Origin: Calditrichia bacterium
GTDB taxonomy: Bacteria > Calditrichota > Calditrichia > JAJRVZ01
Direction of reading: 5' to 3'
DNA: 64,000 nt
Assembly: GCA_963796965.1 (NCBI GenBank)
Contig: CAWCNS010000005.1
Span: 96,001-160,000 of the forward strand
Shown here: piece by piece, positions 53,081 through 63,533 of the stretch
How positions within the stretch are numbered: position 1 is the first letter of the stretch
Layout of the letters: each line of letters opens with the position of its first letter
Made by a program: the position numbers and the translations under genes
Notes under the pieces: model-generated
The model's database searches: none
What the model saw: the letters and a program-made list of their open reading frames with translations, nothing else
What the model was told of the DNA's origin: nothing

Positions 53081-54285
53081 TTTTTTTCAGGATAGCCATA
53101 TAACCACCTTTCATTCTCTGGGAAATTTGATGACTTTAGAGCACTTGGAAAAGGATTTACGCACCTTTACACCAACCCGTCCGGTGGCTTTGTTGGTTCC
53201 CTCATTGTTCTCTGAATTGGAGGGCGAGGCTTTGCCTGGCATCCTTGCTGAACTAAAAAAGGCAGATTATATTAAGCGGATCATTATATCCTTGGATCGT
53301 GCGAACCGGGATGAATTCAATCATGCAAAAGCATTTTTTAGTGATTTACCACAGGATTTGAAAATTTTGTGGAATGATGGACCCCGGGTAAAATCTATAT
53401 TGCGGATGTTAGATAAACATGAGATTCCTACCGGACCACAGGGAAAAGGAAGAGGGGCCTGGTTGGGATTCGGTTTTATATTAGCAAAAAGAGATACTTT
53501 TGCCATTGCACTCCATGATGCTGACATCATTACTTACAACAGGCAAATGTTAGCTCGATTAATATTTCCTTTGGTACATCCTGGATGTGATTTCGAATTC
53601 AGTAAAGGATTTTATAGTCGGCTTTCCACAAAAATGCATGGTCGGGTGACGCGTCTCCTTGTTTTTCCTCTCATTCAGGCTTTAGCATTATTGATCGCCC
53701 GAAATGATTTTATCCGATATCTCAGAAGCTTTCGATATCCTCTGGCAGGTGAGTTTGCTGATTGTTAACAATCTTATACGACGATGTCGCTTGCCTTATA
53801 ACTGGGGACTTGAGATAGGTGTTTTGTCAGAGGCCTACCGAAATAGTGCAAAAAAAAGAATATGCCAGGTTGATCTGGCTGATTTGTTCGAGCATAAGCA
53901 TTCCAATCTGGTAGCCGGAGATATGAAGGGGGGATTGGGTAAAATGGCTGTAGACATTATTCTAATGATGTTTTCCACTCTAGCCAGTATGGGGCATATT
54001 CTTAGCAGGGAATTTTTTAATACTCTTAGTTCAACCTATTTAAGAACTGCACAGGAATTTATCACTAAATATTATCATGATTCTCTGATCAATGGTCTAG
54101 AATTTGATCGCCATGCAGAAGGAGTTGCTGTGGAAACATTTAGAGAATGTCTGACCCATGCCTGCGATCAATTTTTAGAAAATCCATTTGAAGTCCAGTC
54201 TATTCCGACCTGGAACAGGGTAGTGGCTGCTATTCCAAGCATCTTTGATAAACTTGAAGTTGCAGTAGAGGAGGATAATAAATAA
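53073..54285 (+). CDS. gpgS: Glucosyl-3-phosphoglycerate synthase-like glycosyltransferase (frameshift near 53760)
   Basis: MSDFFQ, PSLFSEL, GKGRGAW, LHDADI, GRVTRL, YPLAGE, WGLEIG, HKH. Confidence 0.85.
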
Positions 54286-54287
54286 AA

Positions 54288-55615
54288 ATGACTACAAATT
54301 TAAACCATGTCGCAGAAGAAATTATCGATGGCTGCAATTAAGGCTGTCGATCCATACATATTAATACAAGAACAGGTTAAAAAAGATGGAAGCATTCTCC
54401 AATTTCCAGGTCTTGAACCGATAGATCTGAAAAATTTCGATCGTGTCTTTATTTGTGGGGCTGGAAAAGGAACCGCACCAATGGCCAGGGCAATGGAAGA
54501 ATTAACTTCTGGCATTCTGACAGGTGGTGATATTATTGTCAAATATGATCATCTGGACAAACTTAATATGATCGATCTGCATGAGGCTGGTCATCCAGTA
54601 CTTGATGAGAATACCCTTATTGGGACGGAAGTCCTTCTGAAAAATCTTGATAATCTGACAGAACGGGATTGTGTATTTGTTTTGCTCACTGGTGGTGGTT
54701 CGGCTTTGTTGGAAAGTTTACCTGAGGGAATTGGACTATCTGATTTCCAAATGCTGAGTTCTGTATTATTGCAATCTGGTGCGACAATTCATGAAATTAA
54801 TTGTATAAGAAAACATATTTCAAAAATTAAAGGTGGCCAATTAGCGCAGAAAAATATATCCTGCACAATGTATCACTCTTGCTCTTTCCGATGTGATCGG
54901 CGATGATTTATCTGTGATTGCGTCAGGCCCGACAAGTCCGGATCCTTCTACATTTGGTATGGCAATTTCGGTACTCGAAAAATATCAAATTAAAAATAAG
55001 ATCCCTTCTGTCATTCTCGATTATCTTGAGGAGGGAAATGAAGGAATAATTCCGGAAACGCCAAAATATGATGATTTGATATTTAATTCAGTTTCTAATA
55101 TTGTTATAGGAAATAACCGTCTGGCATTGGAGAGAGCGCAAGTAATCGCACAATCACATGGTTTTAATACGCTTATCCTGACAACAATGTTGGAAGGAGA
55201 AGCCAGAGAAGTGGGCAAATTTGTGACATCGATTATTAAGGAAATACAATTAAACGATTTACCGTTACAAAAACCAGCATGTCTTTTACTTGGTGGAGAG
55301 CCAACAGTTCAAATTAAAGGTGAGGGAAAAGGTGGTAGAAATCAAGAGTTGGCTCTGGCCGTGGCTCTAACTGCCATAAATCAGCCTTTTACCTTTGTCA
55401 GCTGCGGATCGGACGGGACGGATGGTCCCACTGATGCGGCCGGAGCGATTGTTGATCAAACGACATTAAAGAGGGCAGAAGAAGCCGGGTTATCAGCGTC
55501 TGGATTCCTGTCAAACAATGATTCATACCATTTTTTTGAGGCAATGGGTGATCTGATCAAAACAGGTCCTACTGGTACAAATGTGATGGATGTTGTTTTC
55601 GCATTGATTCCTTGA
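54288..55615 (+). CDS. Glycerate kinase type 2 (MOFRL/TtuD family), frameshifted
   Basis: GAGKG, AGHPV, GGGSAL, KGGQLA, ASGPT, GGRNQE, DGTDG, TGTNVMD. Confidence 0.92.
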
Positions 55616-55788
55616 TTCTGGATTCTCGGTGCTCGATTCTGGGCTATCGATGATGTTATATGTTATTTACAGAAAAAGAATACTAAGTTCCTGGTAAATA
55701 ATCAAAATATTACTTGGCAAGAAAAGGAGAACCGCAAAAATTTTCCCGTATCCCGTATCCCGTAACCCGTATCCAGTATCGGTATCGA
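55613..55788. repeat. Inverted heptamer arrays (GATTCTG-type / CCCGTAT-type)
   Basis: TTGATTCTGGATTCTCGGTGCTCGATTCTGG ... CCCGTATCCCGTATCCCGTAACCCGTATCCAGTATCGGTATCGAG. Confidence 0.68.
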
Positions 55789-55841
55789 GAGTTATTTTGT
55801 AACTATTTTTTTTTACTATCATCAGAAAGGTATAGAGAGAA

Positions 55842-56405
55842 TTGACAGAAAATGATCTAATAAAACAAGCAAAACTTGGTGACAAGAGTGCCCTGGCGAA
55901 ACTTGTATCTGCATATAGCGAGAAGATATACAATTTAGCCTTAAGAATAGTGAGAAATAAGGAGGATGCTGAGGATGTTTTGCAAGAAACTTTTCTTCAG
56001 GTGCTTCGAAAATTAGATACCTTTGATGAGCGCTCAACTTTTTTTACCTGGATTTATCGGATTGCGACGAATAACAGTTTGATGAAGTTAAGAAAGAAGA
56101 AACAAATTTTTGCCGATCTTCATGATAAACCGGATTTGGAAGATCAATTATTTGTGGATTGGTCCCAGGATCCTTCTTTGGATGTACAAAATGAAGAGAT
56201 AAAAAAAATCCTGGATGAGGCCATAGGCGAACTATCCGATATATATAGAAGTGTTTTCATATTAAGGGATATAGAGCATCTCTCAATTAGGGAAACCAGT
56301 AATATTCTTAATATCTCGGAAGAAAATGTTAAGATTCGTTTAAGAAGAGCACGATTGTTTTTGCGTGATAAAATTTCACAACAATATCAAGAGAGGGTGG
56401 TTTAA
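55842..56405 (+). CDS. ECF RNA polymerase sigma factor
   Basis: DAEDVLQETF, FFTWIYRIATN, VKIRLRRAR. Confidence 0.94.
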   Translation: MTENDLIKQAKLGDKSALAKLVSAYSEKIYNLALRIVRNKEDAEDVLQETFLQVLRKLDTFDERSTFFTWIYRIATNNSLMKLRKKKQIFADLHDKPDLEDQLFVDWSQDPSLDVQNEEIKKILDEAIGELSDIYRSVFILRDIEHLSIRETSNILNISEENVKIRLRRARLFLRDKISQQYQERVV

Positions 56406-56406
56406 T

Positions 56407-56652
56407 ATGAAATCACCAAAGCATCAAAATGTTTATGAACAAATCTGTGATTTTATGGGAGAAGATTTGGATGCCCCGGCCTGTAAAGAGGTTGCCGATC
56501 ATCTGGAAAGCTGTCCGAAATGTAAAGTCTATTTTGATCAGGTAAAGAAGACCGTTACTCTTTGCAGAGACATTGATAAGGACAAACAAGTCCCTGTGGA
56601 CGTGACGGACCGTCTTTTTAAAGTACTTAATTTAAATGAACTTGAATCCTAA
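56407..56652 (+). CDS. Soluble zinc-binding anti-sigma factor (ZAS)
   Basis: HLESCPKC (HxxxCxxC), no TM. Confidence 0.9.
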   Translation: MKSPKHQNVYEQICDFMGEDLDAPACKEVADHLESCPKCKVYFDQVKKTVTLCRDIDKDKQVPVDVTDRLFKVLNLNELES

Positions 56653-57151
56653 ATGATGTGACTATAATATAATTTATTCCCTCTTCGAATATGACATTAT
56701 GGAAACAATTCACCTCCATTCTACCATACCCTATCGTCTGCCTTTTATTTAATAAATATATTTTCAGCACCTTGTCATCCTTATTTTATTATTGATACCC
56801 CTCTTTTCTATCCTGCGTAGTTCATTTCTTACAATGAGATATTGAAATCACTGCAAAGCAGAGGAGCAAAAATACATCCTATCAGAGACTATTGTTTATG
56901 AACAGTTATTGTATACTTCTTCTATTTAATTCTGTAATATTTTTTGTTTATTCTTAGGATATAACAAACTGGCCTTAAAAATTTGTGAAGTGATCTGGCA
57001 ATTTTGATTATCCGGGAACAAAAATGTTCTTCCAAATGTATCTTTATTGGAGGAGCTGCATCGAAGAAGTTATAAAATAGAATTATAATAATGAGATAAA
57101 TTACTTTATAAAGAAAATTATTTATAATAGATTAAACAAGAAGGAGATTAT

Positions 57152-57490
57152 ATGAGTTCTCTGCATATCAATGATCTTAATTTTAGCAAGGAAGTACTTG
57201 AGTCCCCGGTTCCAGTTTTGGTTGATTTTTGGGCGCCATGGTGTGCACCTTGTCGCATGATAGCGCCTGTAATCGAGGAAATCGCAACAGAATACAGCGG
57301 AAAGATTAAAATAGCCAAGGTGAATACCGATGAAAGCCAGGTGGCAATGCAATATGGAATAAGAAGTATTCCCACGATGTTGTTATTTAAAGAAGGTAAA
57401 GTTGTTGATCAAATAGTTGGAGCAGTACCAAAGAGTATGATAACATCCAAACTTGACTATTATGCCCAAGGCGTTGGTCAATTAAACTAA
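57152..57490 (+). CDS. trxA: Thioredoxin
   Basis: [17 protein letters not shown]. Confidence 0.95.
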   Translation: MSSLHINDLNFSKEVLESPVPVLVDFWAPWCAPCRMIAPVIEEIATEYSGKIKIAKVNTDESQVAMQYGIRSIPTMLLFKEGKVVDQIVGAVPKSMITSKLDYYAQGVGQLN

Positions 57491-57501
57491 AGAGGTTATA
57501 A

Positions 57502-58143
57502 TTGTCTATTCTCAAGTCATCAGAACATGCGTATATTAAGGGAGTCTTTGATTTTGTTGAAAATGAAGTAAAGATCACTCTTTTTACTCAGCAGCCTGAA
57601 AGCCAAGCGAGCCGTGAAACACGGGAAATATTAGAAGAATTATCATCGCTATCAGACAAGATTAATTTACGGGTCTTGAATTTTGAATCCCATAAGGAAG
57701 AAGCCACTATTTATGACATAACTAAACTTCCGGGGATGGTTATCGAGGGGAAAAAAGATTTTGGTATTCGTTATTTTGGGGCACCCTCCGGATATTTGGT
57801 TTCATCAGTTGTCGAGGATGTCGTGCAGTTGTCAAAAGAACTTTCTGAACTGAAGGAAGAGACAAAAAACAAATTGAGAGACGTGAACGCACCACTCAAT
57901 CTTCAGGTTTTTACATCAGCGACGTCTCCTTATTGCCCTGCACTGGTTAATTTGTCGCATAAGCTGGCCATGGAAAATGATAATATAACGGCTCACATGA
58001 TAGATATAAAGGAGTTTCCGCACTTGTCAATGCGTTATAACATTACGGATGTCCCATCGACTGTAGTCAACAATTCTGTGACGGTGGAGGGAGCCCTGGA
58101 TGAAAAGGATTTTGTGGATAAAATAATCGAAGCATTAAAATAA
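57502..58143 (+). CDS. Protein disulfide oxidoreductase (PDO/AhpF-NTD-like) with degenerate CxxC sites
   Basis: DFGIRYFGAPSGY, SQAS and SPYC at the two expected CxxC positions. Confidence 0.82.
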   Translation: MSILKSSEHAYIKGVFDFVENEVKITLFTQQPESQASRETREILEELSSLSDKINLRVLNFESHKEEATIYDITKLPGMVIEGKKDFGIRYFGAPSGYLVSSVVEDVVQLSKELSELKEETKNKLRDVNAPLNLQVFTSATSPYCPALVNLSHKLAMENDNITAHMIDIKEFPHLSMRYNITDVPSTVVNNSVTVEGALDEKDFVDKIIEALK

Positions 58144-58170
58144 ATATAAATATAAATATATGAATATGAG

Positions 58171-58726
58171 GTGAATGATATGACAGGAAGAACAAAAGTT
58201 GCAGTTATTGTCTCTATTTTGCTTGTAGCTGCTTTGGGTTATGCGTTTCTGGGCGAAAAAGAGGCTAAAGTGACAGTGACTCAGAAACAGGACAAAAAGA
58301 AACAGGATGAACCTAAAAAATATGAAGCGCCGGATTTTACCTTAAAGAACCTTGATGGAAAAGAAGTAAAATTAAGTGAATATCAAGGAAAAGTCATCTT
58401 TGTTAATTTTTGGGCAACGTGGTGTGGTCCATGTCGTCATGAAGTACCGGCTTTTATTGAATTACAGGATCAATATAAAGACGATTTGGTGATTTTGGGT
58501 ATAAGTCTGGATCAGGGCGATTTATCTGTGGTCCCAAGCTTTTGCAGAAGAGTATTCAATCAATTATGAGATATTATATGGTTCACAAGAGGTTGTATCG
58601 GCTTATGGGGGGATCAGCGCAATACCTACCACGTTTGTAGTGGATAAAGAGGGATTTCTCCGCGATATGAAGAGAGGATTTCCTGGAAAAGAATATTTTG
58701 AAAACGCTATTGCATCTCTGAAGTAA
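58171..58726 (+). CDS. TlpA/ResA-family disulfide reductase (frameshift near 58538)
   Basis: N-terminal TM, APDFTL, NFWATWCGPC; restored GGISAIPTTFVVDKEG...IASLK*. Confidence 0.92.
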
Positions 58727-58746
58727 GTAACACGTCTTTAATGATT

Positions 58747-58782
58747 AAAGGGTGTATATCGCTTGGTATCCACCCTTTTTTT
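58747..58782 (+). terminator. Intrinsic terminator
   Basis: AAAGGGTG-TATATCGCTTGGTATC-CACCCTTTTTTT. Confidence 0.72.
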
Positions 58783-59205
58783 ATTTTCACTTTATTCATC
58801 TCTGTTCTCAACTAAGTGTAGAATTCCATTCTTTTTAACTTTTACAACCTTCTAAAAATACTTTTATAAATGGACGTTCCGAAACAGTCGGGAAACATTA
58901 CTATCACCGACTTAACATTTTATAGAGCTTCTATTATTAATCTCTATGGATTTACGTCTCTGAGGGAAAAAGACCCAGGTTTATAAACTGGAAATGAAAT
59001 AGAAACTTTTTTAGTTGTAAGTGGTGTTTTTGGAAATAATGTAACCTGATTTAAGAGCGGGCACTAAATAAATCACAATTAAATACTTATAGTGACTCAA
59101 AAATTCTCAGAATATTTCCAGGTTTCAAGAATTCAATTAAGTTTTTCAAAAGAATTTTCCGTGAGAATCTTAAATCATTAAATACTCAATAGATCGTCCC
59201 TAAAA

Positions 59206-60819
59206 ATGACACAAAAATACGAAGTTTTCGAACGTTTAACTTTTCAAGTAAATGCCTTCCAGGAAGGCTTTGAAATTCTATCCAAGTCTAAAACACTGCA
59301 ATCTCTTGGTAAAAACTTCTGCCATATTCTCCGTGGATCTCTGATGGTATCCTATGCAAATTTATATTATAAAGAACAGGAATTCAGCGAGTTTTCAGTT
59401 GTGCATGAGCAGAAAAAGTCTGCTAGACCCGATCTCTCACTATATAAATTAGAAGAATCGTTTAAATACCACCTCTTGGATGGTGGAAACTCAATCCTTG
59501 CCTATATACCCCGAAAAAATAATTCCGGTTTTATAATTCAAGTTGGACCTGGGTTGACAGGGGAGAGCTTTACTGAATATGAGATGATGTCGTTGCAGCT
59601 TTTTGTGCAGCTGTTAGATAATGCCTGTCAAACCTTATCTCTAAGAGATTCAGAGAAAGAACTGATATTTTCACTAAATCATCGTATTCTTCAGATGAAT
59701 AATCTAATCGATACAGGTATTGAACTTTCGAAATGTTACAATATAAAAGAAGTTCAGGCCTTAATTCTATCACGGGCAGTAAGTATTACCAACGCCGCCA
59801 GAGGTTGTCTATCGATAAAAAAAGGGAATAAGGTTATGGACCGGTTGTATTTTCCAGCTATGGATGAGAGCCGGCCGAATAAACGAATAAAAACACATTC
59901 AGTAAAACTTGAGGGTTCGTTTAAGTTTCAGGGAAAAAAATATATTGTTGAGCTATACGAAAAGGAAAGCCGGAAGGGCGAGGCTTTTTTTGACGATACT
60001 GATCAACTACTTCTCGATTCGCTAATCAGGCAAACCAATGCTGCTCTTGAAAGTGAATATTTACAGAAACAAGCATTAGAAATGGAGAAAGTCAAGCGAG
60101 AGTTAGCAATAGCAGCAACTATTCAGCAACGAATTTTGCCCGAGAGTTTGGAGCAGATTGAGGGCTATGATCTGTCCGGCATTAATATCCCTGCCATTGA
60201 AGTCTGTGGAGATTATTACGATACAATGCAGATCGCGGAAAATAAGTATGCTTTGATTATGGCTGATGTTTCCGGAAAGGGCATTCCCGCAGCCTTGTTG
60301 GTTAGCTCGTTACAAGCCTCTTTACGTGTTTATTTAGAGGGAGGAATAGAACTGCCAATCCTCGCTGAGAAATTAAACAAATTAATTTATAACTCAACAA
60401 CTGCGGAAAAATACCTTACCATGTGTATCTGCTATTTAGATGCAGAAACTGGTGAAATCGAAGCTGTAAATGCCGGACATAATCCACCGCTGATTGTAAG
60501 AAATAACAATATATTGGAAAAGATTGATGCTGGTGGAATCCCTATTGGGATGGCTGATTTGGGGTTAACTTATACTAAAAAAAGTTTAAGATTAGAAAAA
60601 GGTGAAAGTTTACTACTCTTTACTGACGGTATAACTGAGGCAATGGACAATAGGGAAGAAATGTTTGAGGATGAACGACTCGAATCCTTTTTTATCGAAA
60701 ATAGTTCTAAAACGGCAAACGATTTTGTTAATGATCTCATACGTAACGTAAATGAATTTGTAGGCCGTGCGCCACAGAGTGATGATATTACAGTGTTGTA
60801 TATCAAAAGAAATGCATAA
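59206..60819 (+). CDS. PP2C/SpoIIE (RsbU-like) phosphatase with GAF-like N-terminus
   Basis: CGDYYD, ADVSGKG, NAGH, FTDGITE, SDDIT. Confidence 0.93.
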   Translation: MTQKYEVFERLTFQVNAFQEGFEILSKSKTLQSLGKNFCHILRGSLMVSYANLYYKEQEFSEFSVVHEQKKSARPDLSLYKLEESFKYHLLDGGNSILAYIPRKNNSGFIIQVGPGLTGESFTEYEMMSLQLFVQLLDNACQTLSLRDSEKELIFSLNHRILQMNNLIDTGIELSKCYNIKEVQALILSRAVSITNAARGCLSIKKGNKVMDRLYFPAMDESRPNKRIKTHSVKLEGSFKFQGKKYIVELYEKESRKGEAFFDDTDQLLLDSLIRQTNAALESEYLQKQALEMEKVKRELAIAATIQQRILPESLEQIEGYDLSGINIPAIEVCGDYYDTMQIAENKYALIMADVSGKGIPAALLVSSLQASLRVYLEGGIELPILAEKLNKLIYNSTTAEKYLTMCICYLDAETGEIEAVNAGHNPPLIVRNNNILEKIDAGGIPIGMADLGLTYTKKSLRLEKGESLLLFTDGITEAMDNREEMFEDERLESFFIENSSKTANDFVNDLIRNVNEFVGRAPQSDDITVLYIKRNA

Positions 60820-60954
60820 TAATGGCATAAACCGCCAATTCTTAAGATTAATTAGTAACATATGACATAACTTGTTTATTATAAATTAGTTTTTGAACCC
60901 AGATAAATTTTTATTATTTTACGATATTCACTTGATATTAAGAGGGAGATATGT

Positions 60955-61374
60955 ATGGTTAAGGATCTACCCCCCGCAATTGAACTTGTTATACCGATGC
61001 TTCCAAATATGGAATTAGCGGCTACAAAGACGGCCCAGGCAGTTGGGGACTATTTAGAATTGGGTGAAGAACAAACGGCAGAAGTGACGATGGCCCTCAT
61101 CGAGGCGTGTATTAATGCGTTCGAACATGGAAAGAATAAAGACAATAATATTCATATTCGATTTATTCTAAAGGAAGATGCCCTTGTTATTGAAATAAGG
61201 GATAAGGGGAGGGGATTTGATATCAGCAAGGTAGAGATGCCCGAAATAGCAAAAAAACTTCACAGTGATCGAAAACGTGGGTGGGGCTTACAATTAATGA
61301 AGGAACTTATGGATGATGTACAAATTGAGTCCAGTGAAGAGGGCACCGTAATCACCATGATAAAAAAGCGCTGA
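60955..61374 (+). CDS. RsbW-like anti-sigma/Ser kinase (HATPase_c)
   Basis: EACINAFEHG, DKGRGF, RGWGLQLM. Confidence 0.92.
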   Translation: MVKDLPPAIELVIPMLPNMELAATKTAQAVGDYLELGEEQTAEVTMALIEACINAFEHGKNKDNNIHIRFILKEDALVIEIRDKGRGFDISKVEMPEIAKKLHSDRKRGWGLQLMKELMDDVQIESSEEGTVITMIKKR

Positions 61375-61392
61375 GAAAAGAAGGGAATTGAA

Positions 61393-61749
61393 ATGAGCGA
61401 AGAAAAATTTAATCTAACTTTAGAAGAACATAGTGACATAATTATTTTGCGCACTGAGGGTTATATTAATAATGTTGGTGGTGAGAAAATTGCAGAGACC
61501 TGTTATGAAAAACTAGAAGGAGGTTTTAAAAAATTTTTATTGGATATGGAAAAATCCAGTATTGTTAACAGTATTGGGGTTTCTATCATTATAGAAATTA
61601 TTGAAAAACTTCAGGAAGTTGATGGTCACATTGGTTATTTTAACCTCGCACCAATTGTCGCTAAAACTTTTAAAATCATGGGGTTGGTCGAATACTCGAC
61701 CATATATGAATCCGAGGAAGAGGCTTTAAAAGAAATGGAAACTAAATAA
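61393..61749 (+). CDS. STAS anti-anti-sigma factor (RsbV-like)
   Basis: IVNSIG phospho-Ser motif, FKIMGL. Confidence 0.9.
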   Translation: MSEEKFNLTLEEHSDIIILRTEGYINNVGGEKIAETCYEKLEGGFKKFLLDMEKSSIVNSIGVSIIIEIIEKLQEVDGHIGYFNLAPIVAKTFKIMGLVEYSTIYESEEEALKEMETK

Positions 61750-61883
61750 GTCAGGGCTGTTTTGTCACAATATTGAATAACAATTAAGGGCCTTGTGATC
61801 TTTGGTATAAATTCTATCCTTACCGAATCAGAGAATTCGGGAAAGTCCGGGGGAAAGGAAAAGAACTTTGCCAGATATATACA

Positions 61884-62382
61884 GATGAGGAAAAAAATGC
61901 AAGATGAACAACTCATTAAAGAATTTCACCGGACAAACGTTATTATTTGGATCGGTATTATTGTTACCGTAGTCGTCTTGGGTATCATCATTTTTATCAT
62001 TGATGATATGAACATATTTCAGCCTATCAGTAATGCGGCTCAGATCAATCAGATTATTTTTTTTATAGCTGTTGTTATTGCCTTCGCCATCCTCTTTCTT
62101 AAACGATCCTTCTTTTTACCAGAAAAAATAATAAGCAAAATACCTGAGAAACCAATTCCGGAAAAGATTAATCTATGCCTGGTACAAATCAGAAAGAACT
62201 ATATTATAGTGTGGGGCCTGGGAGAGGCCATCGTTGTTCTGGGATTTGTTAATTATATTCTTACAGTAGATTTTCAGTATTTCCTGGTTTTTTCAATAGT
62301 AGGTGTGTATTCAATATTGATTAACATTCCTAGAATAGTATTGGCTACAAATTGCGTGGAGCGAATCAGAGAAGCTAATTAA
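61884..62382 (+). CDS. Hypothetical membrane protein
   Basis: About 4 hydrophobic segments; start uncertain. Confidence 0.65.
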
Positions 62383-62445
62383 AAATCAATTTCTTCCGAT
62401 ACCTATATATAAGAGCAATACTTTACCCAATTACGAAAATGTATC

Positions 62446-63417
62446 ATGGAAGAAATTTTTCAGGTAAAAAATGGATCCATATATATTCCAAACTTGGATC
62501 TTTACCTCGATTCCCAAAAAAAACGAGCTAACGGTTTTATTTCCCACGGTCATGCCGATCATATTGCGCGGCACCAACGTATTATTTGTACACCGGAAAC
62601 TGCCAGAATATTATCCCTTCGTCTTAAAAATCCAAATTGTGAAACATTGCCATTCTTTCGAAAGAAAAAGATGAGTGATGGGGCCATTACGCTCTATCCC
62701 GCTGGCCATATTCTCGGATCTGCACAATTCTATTATGAATCCTCTATGGGTTCCATGTTATATACAGGAGACTTCCGCACGAGGTCAGCCCGCACAGCAG
62801 AAGCGTTTAAATATCAATTATGTGATGTACTCATTATGGAAACGTCTTTTGGAAATCCTAAATATATTTTCCCTCCGCGTAAAGATATAGAAAAAGAATT
62901 ACTAATGATTCTCGGAAATAAGTTGAAAGAGGGTGTTACTCCTGTTGTGTTTGCGTATCCGCTTGGTAAGGCGCAAGAGGTGTTACATCTCTTAGGTCAT
63001 TCCAATCTGCCAGTGGCGGTACATTATTCAATATTAAGGTATGTCTATGCATATGAAAAGCTGGGAATAAAGTTTGGAACCTATGAGAAATTTAAAAAGA
63101 GTGATTACAAAGAAAAAGTGCTACTTCTTCCAGCTATGTTTCGAACGAACAGATATATGGAGTCGATAAGAGACAAGTATACCATATATCTTTCCGGATG
63201 GGGCATGGATAATTATGCTCCCTTTCACTTTGGTGTTGATAAAGTACTTCCCTATAGCGATCATGCAGATTTTGAAGAGCTTCTAACCTTTGTAGACCGT
63301 GTCAAACCTCAAATTATTTACTGTACCCATGGGTTTAATGGTTTTGTAGATATTCTTCGGGATAGGGGATATAAATCAAAACTTCTAAATGAATCAGAAC
63401 AACATGATCTCTTTTGA
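62446..63417 (+). CDS. MBL-fold/beta-CASP nuclease
   Basis: SHGHADH, AGHILGS, YTGD, METSFG, LGKAQE, SDHAD, THG. Confidence 0.9.
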   Translation: MEEIFQVKNGSIYIPNLDLYLDSQKKRANGFISHGHADHIARHQRIICTPETARILSLRLKNPNCETLPFFRKKKMSDGAITLYPAGHILGSAQFYYESSMGSMLYTGDFRTRSARTAEAFKYQLCDVLIMETSFGNPKYIFPPRKDIEKELLMILGNKLKEGVTPVVFAYPLGKAQEVLHLLGHSNLPVAVHYSILRYVYAYEKLGIKFGTYEKFKKSDYKEKVLLLPAMFRTNRYMESIRDKYTIYLSGWGMDNYAPFHFGVDKVLPYSDHADFEELLTFVDRVKPQIIYCTHGFNGFVDILRDRGYKSKLLNESEQHDLF

Positions 63418-63488
63418 TAAGCATACATAATGGATAAAAGATCTTCTAAGAATTCTTTCTAAGAACCATTTTCTAATTACAAATTACC

Positions 63489-63528
63489 AATTTACATCTT
63501 TCATCTTTCCCCTTAAATCTTTAATCTT
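63489..63528 (+). repeat. Heptamer tandem repeat (TTTCATC-like)
   Basis: TTACATC TTTCATC TTTCCCC TTAAATC TTTAATC upstream of radA. Confidence 0.55.
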
Positions 63529-63533
63529 ACCGC

